Shown here in pieces: positions 63,429-64,000 of a stretch of DNA of 64,000 nt. Below the pieces are notes generated by a model. It had not been told where the DNA came from. It saw only the letters and a program-made list of their open reading frames with translations, and did no database searches. Source of the DNA: Pelagibacteraceae bacterium AG-390-A23 (GTDB taxonomy: Bacteria; Pseudomonadota; Alphaproteobacteria; Pelagibacterales; Pelagibacteraceae); the NCBI GenBank assembly GCA_003279775.1, contig QCGW01000001.1:34712-98711 (forward strand), written 5' to 3'. A program made the translations under genes and the position numbers. Positions within the stretch are counted from its first letter, which is position 1; each line of letters opens with the position of its first letter.

Positions 63429-64000
63429 TTAACTTAAAATTTTATAAAATAGCGATGTTTTTTTTATGATAAAATTACTAACCTTTGGTGAATTATCAGC
63501 AACTACCTTCATTTCAGACATTTTGCCATTACAATGAAGAGCAATATTACAACCTGCACTAAACGTTTTGATAGTATTAGTTTTTAAATCATCTTTTAAA
63601 CTTTTCATTGATAAATCATCTGAAATTAAAAGGTTTTTAAAACCAATTTTACTTCTAATTAAATTTATAATTTTTTTAGAGTGTGTAGCTGTATTTAACT
63701 TGTCAATGCTTCGATATATTACATGCGCCGTCATAGCAAAATAGCTTTGTTTTTTCTTGAATGGAAAAAAATCATTTTTATTCAAATAATTTAAGTTTTT
63801 GGTGACTATAGGAGTAAATTTATGACTATCTACCCTAGCTAATCCATGCCCTGGTATATGTTTCATCACAGTTCCGATGGAATTTTCATGAAAATAATCA
63901 ATACAAATATCTCCAATTTTAGAGATATTTTTTTTATTTTTTGAAAAAGATCTATCGCCAATAATATTGCTAGCTCCTTTAACTCTAAGATCTAAAACAG
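63429..64000 (-). CDS. nagZ: Beta-N-acetylhexosaminidase NagZ, 5' end outside the window
   Basis: KHIPGHG..DSH, MTAH, SDDLSM; GDRSF further upstream; nagZ-scpAB-tat synteny. Confidence 0.88.
   Translation of the reverse strand, partial: VLDLRVKGASNIIGDRSFSKNKKNISKIGDICIDYFHENSIGTVMKHIPGHGLARVDSHKFTPIVTKNLNYLNKNDFFPFKKKQSYFAMTAHVIYRSIDKLNTATHSKKIINLIRSKIGFKNLLISDDLSMKSLKDDLKTNTIKTFSAGCNIALHCNGKMSEMKVVADNSPKVSNFIIKKTSLFYKILS

Overview
Very AT-rich, gene-dense chromosomal segment of a streamlined marine alphaproteobacterium, most likely Pelagibacter/SAR11 (inferred from gene content, tiny intergenic spacers and SAM-II/SAM-V riboswitches). Most of it is housekeeping: glyA-nrdR-rib-nusB-thiL, hppA, plsX-ihfA, metY, rplM-rpsI-argC-hom, glpX, nhaA, metG-holB-tmk-dac-rlpA-mltB, recG, tgt-coaD-gyrA-ssb/uvrA, secDF-yajC, serS, tatABC, scpAB, partial nagZ, and four tRNAs (Glu, Pro, Ser, Lys). 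Two structures stand out. (1) Gene orientation converges on about 21-23 kb (25 of 28 CDS to the left are on +, 34 of 42 to the right are on -), which suggests the replication terminus. A lone Cre-like tyrosine recombinase sits there with a 13-7-13 bp palindrome just upstream of its start codon and a KOPS-like octamer pointing at it: a candidate single-recombinase chromosome dimer resolution (dif) system. (2) A 3,210 bp integrase-less island is inserted in tRNA-Ser(TGA). It duplicates the promoter and 5' half of the tRNA, carries an identical 25 bp tandem arm-type repeat near each end plus an IHF site, and encodes a Pho-box-controlled lipid remodelling cassette (PlcP-like phospholipase, Agt-like glycosyltransferase, diacylglycerol kinase).
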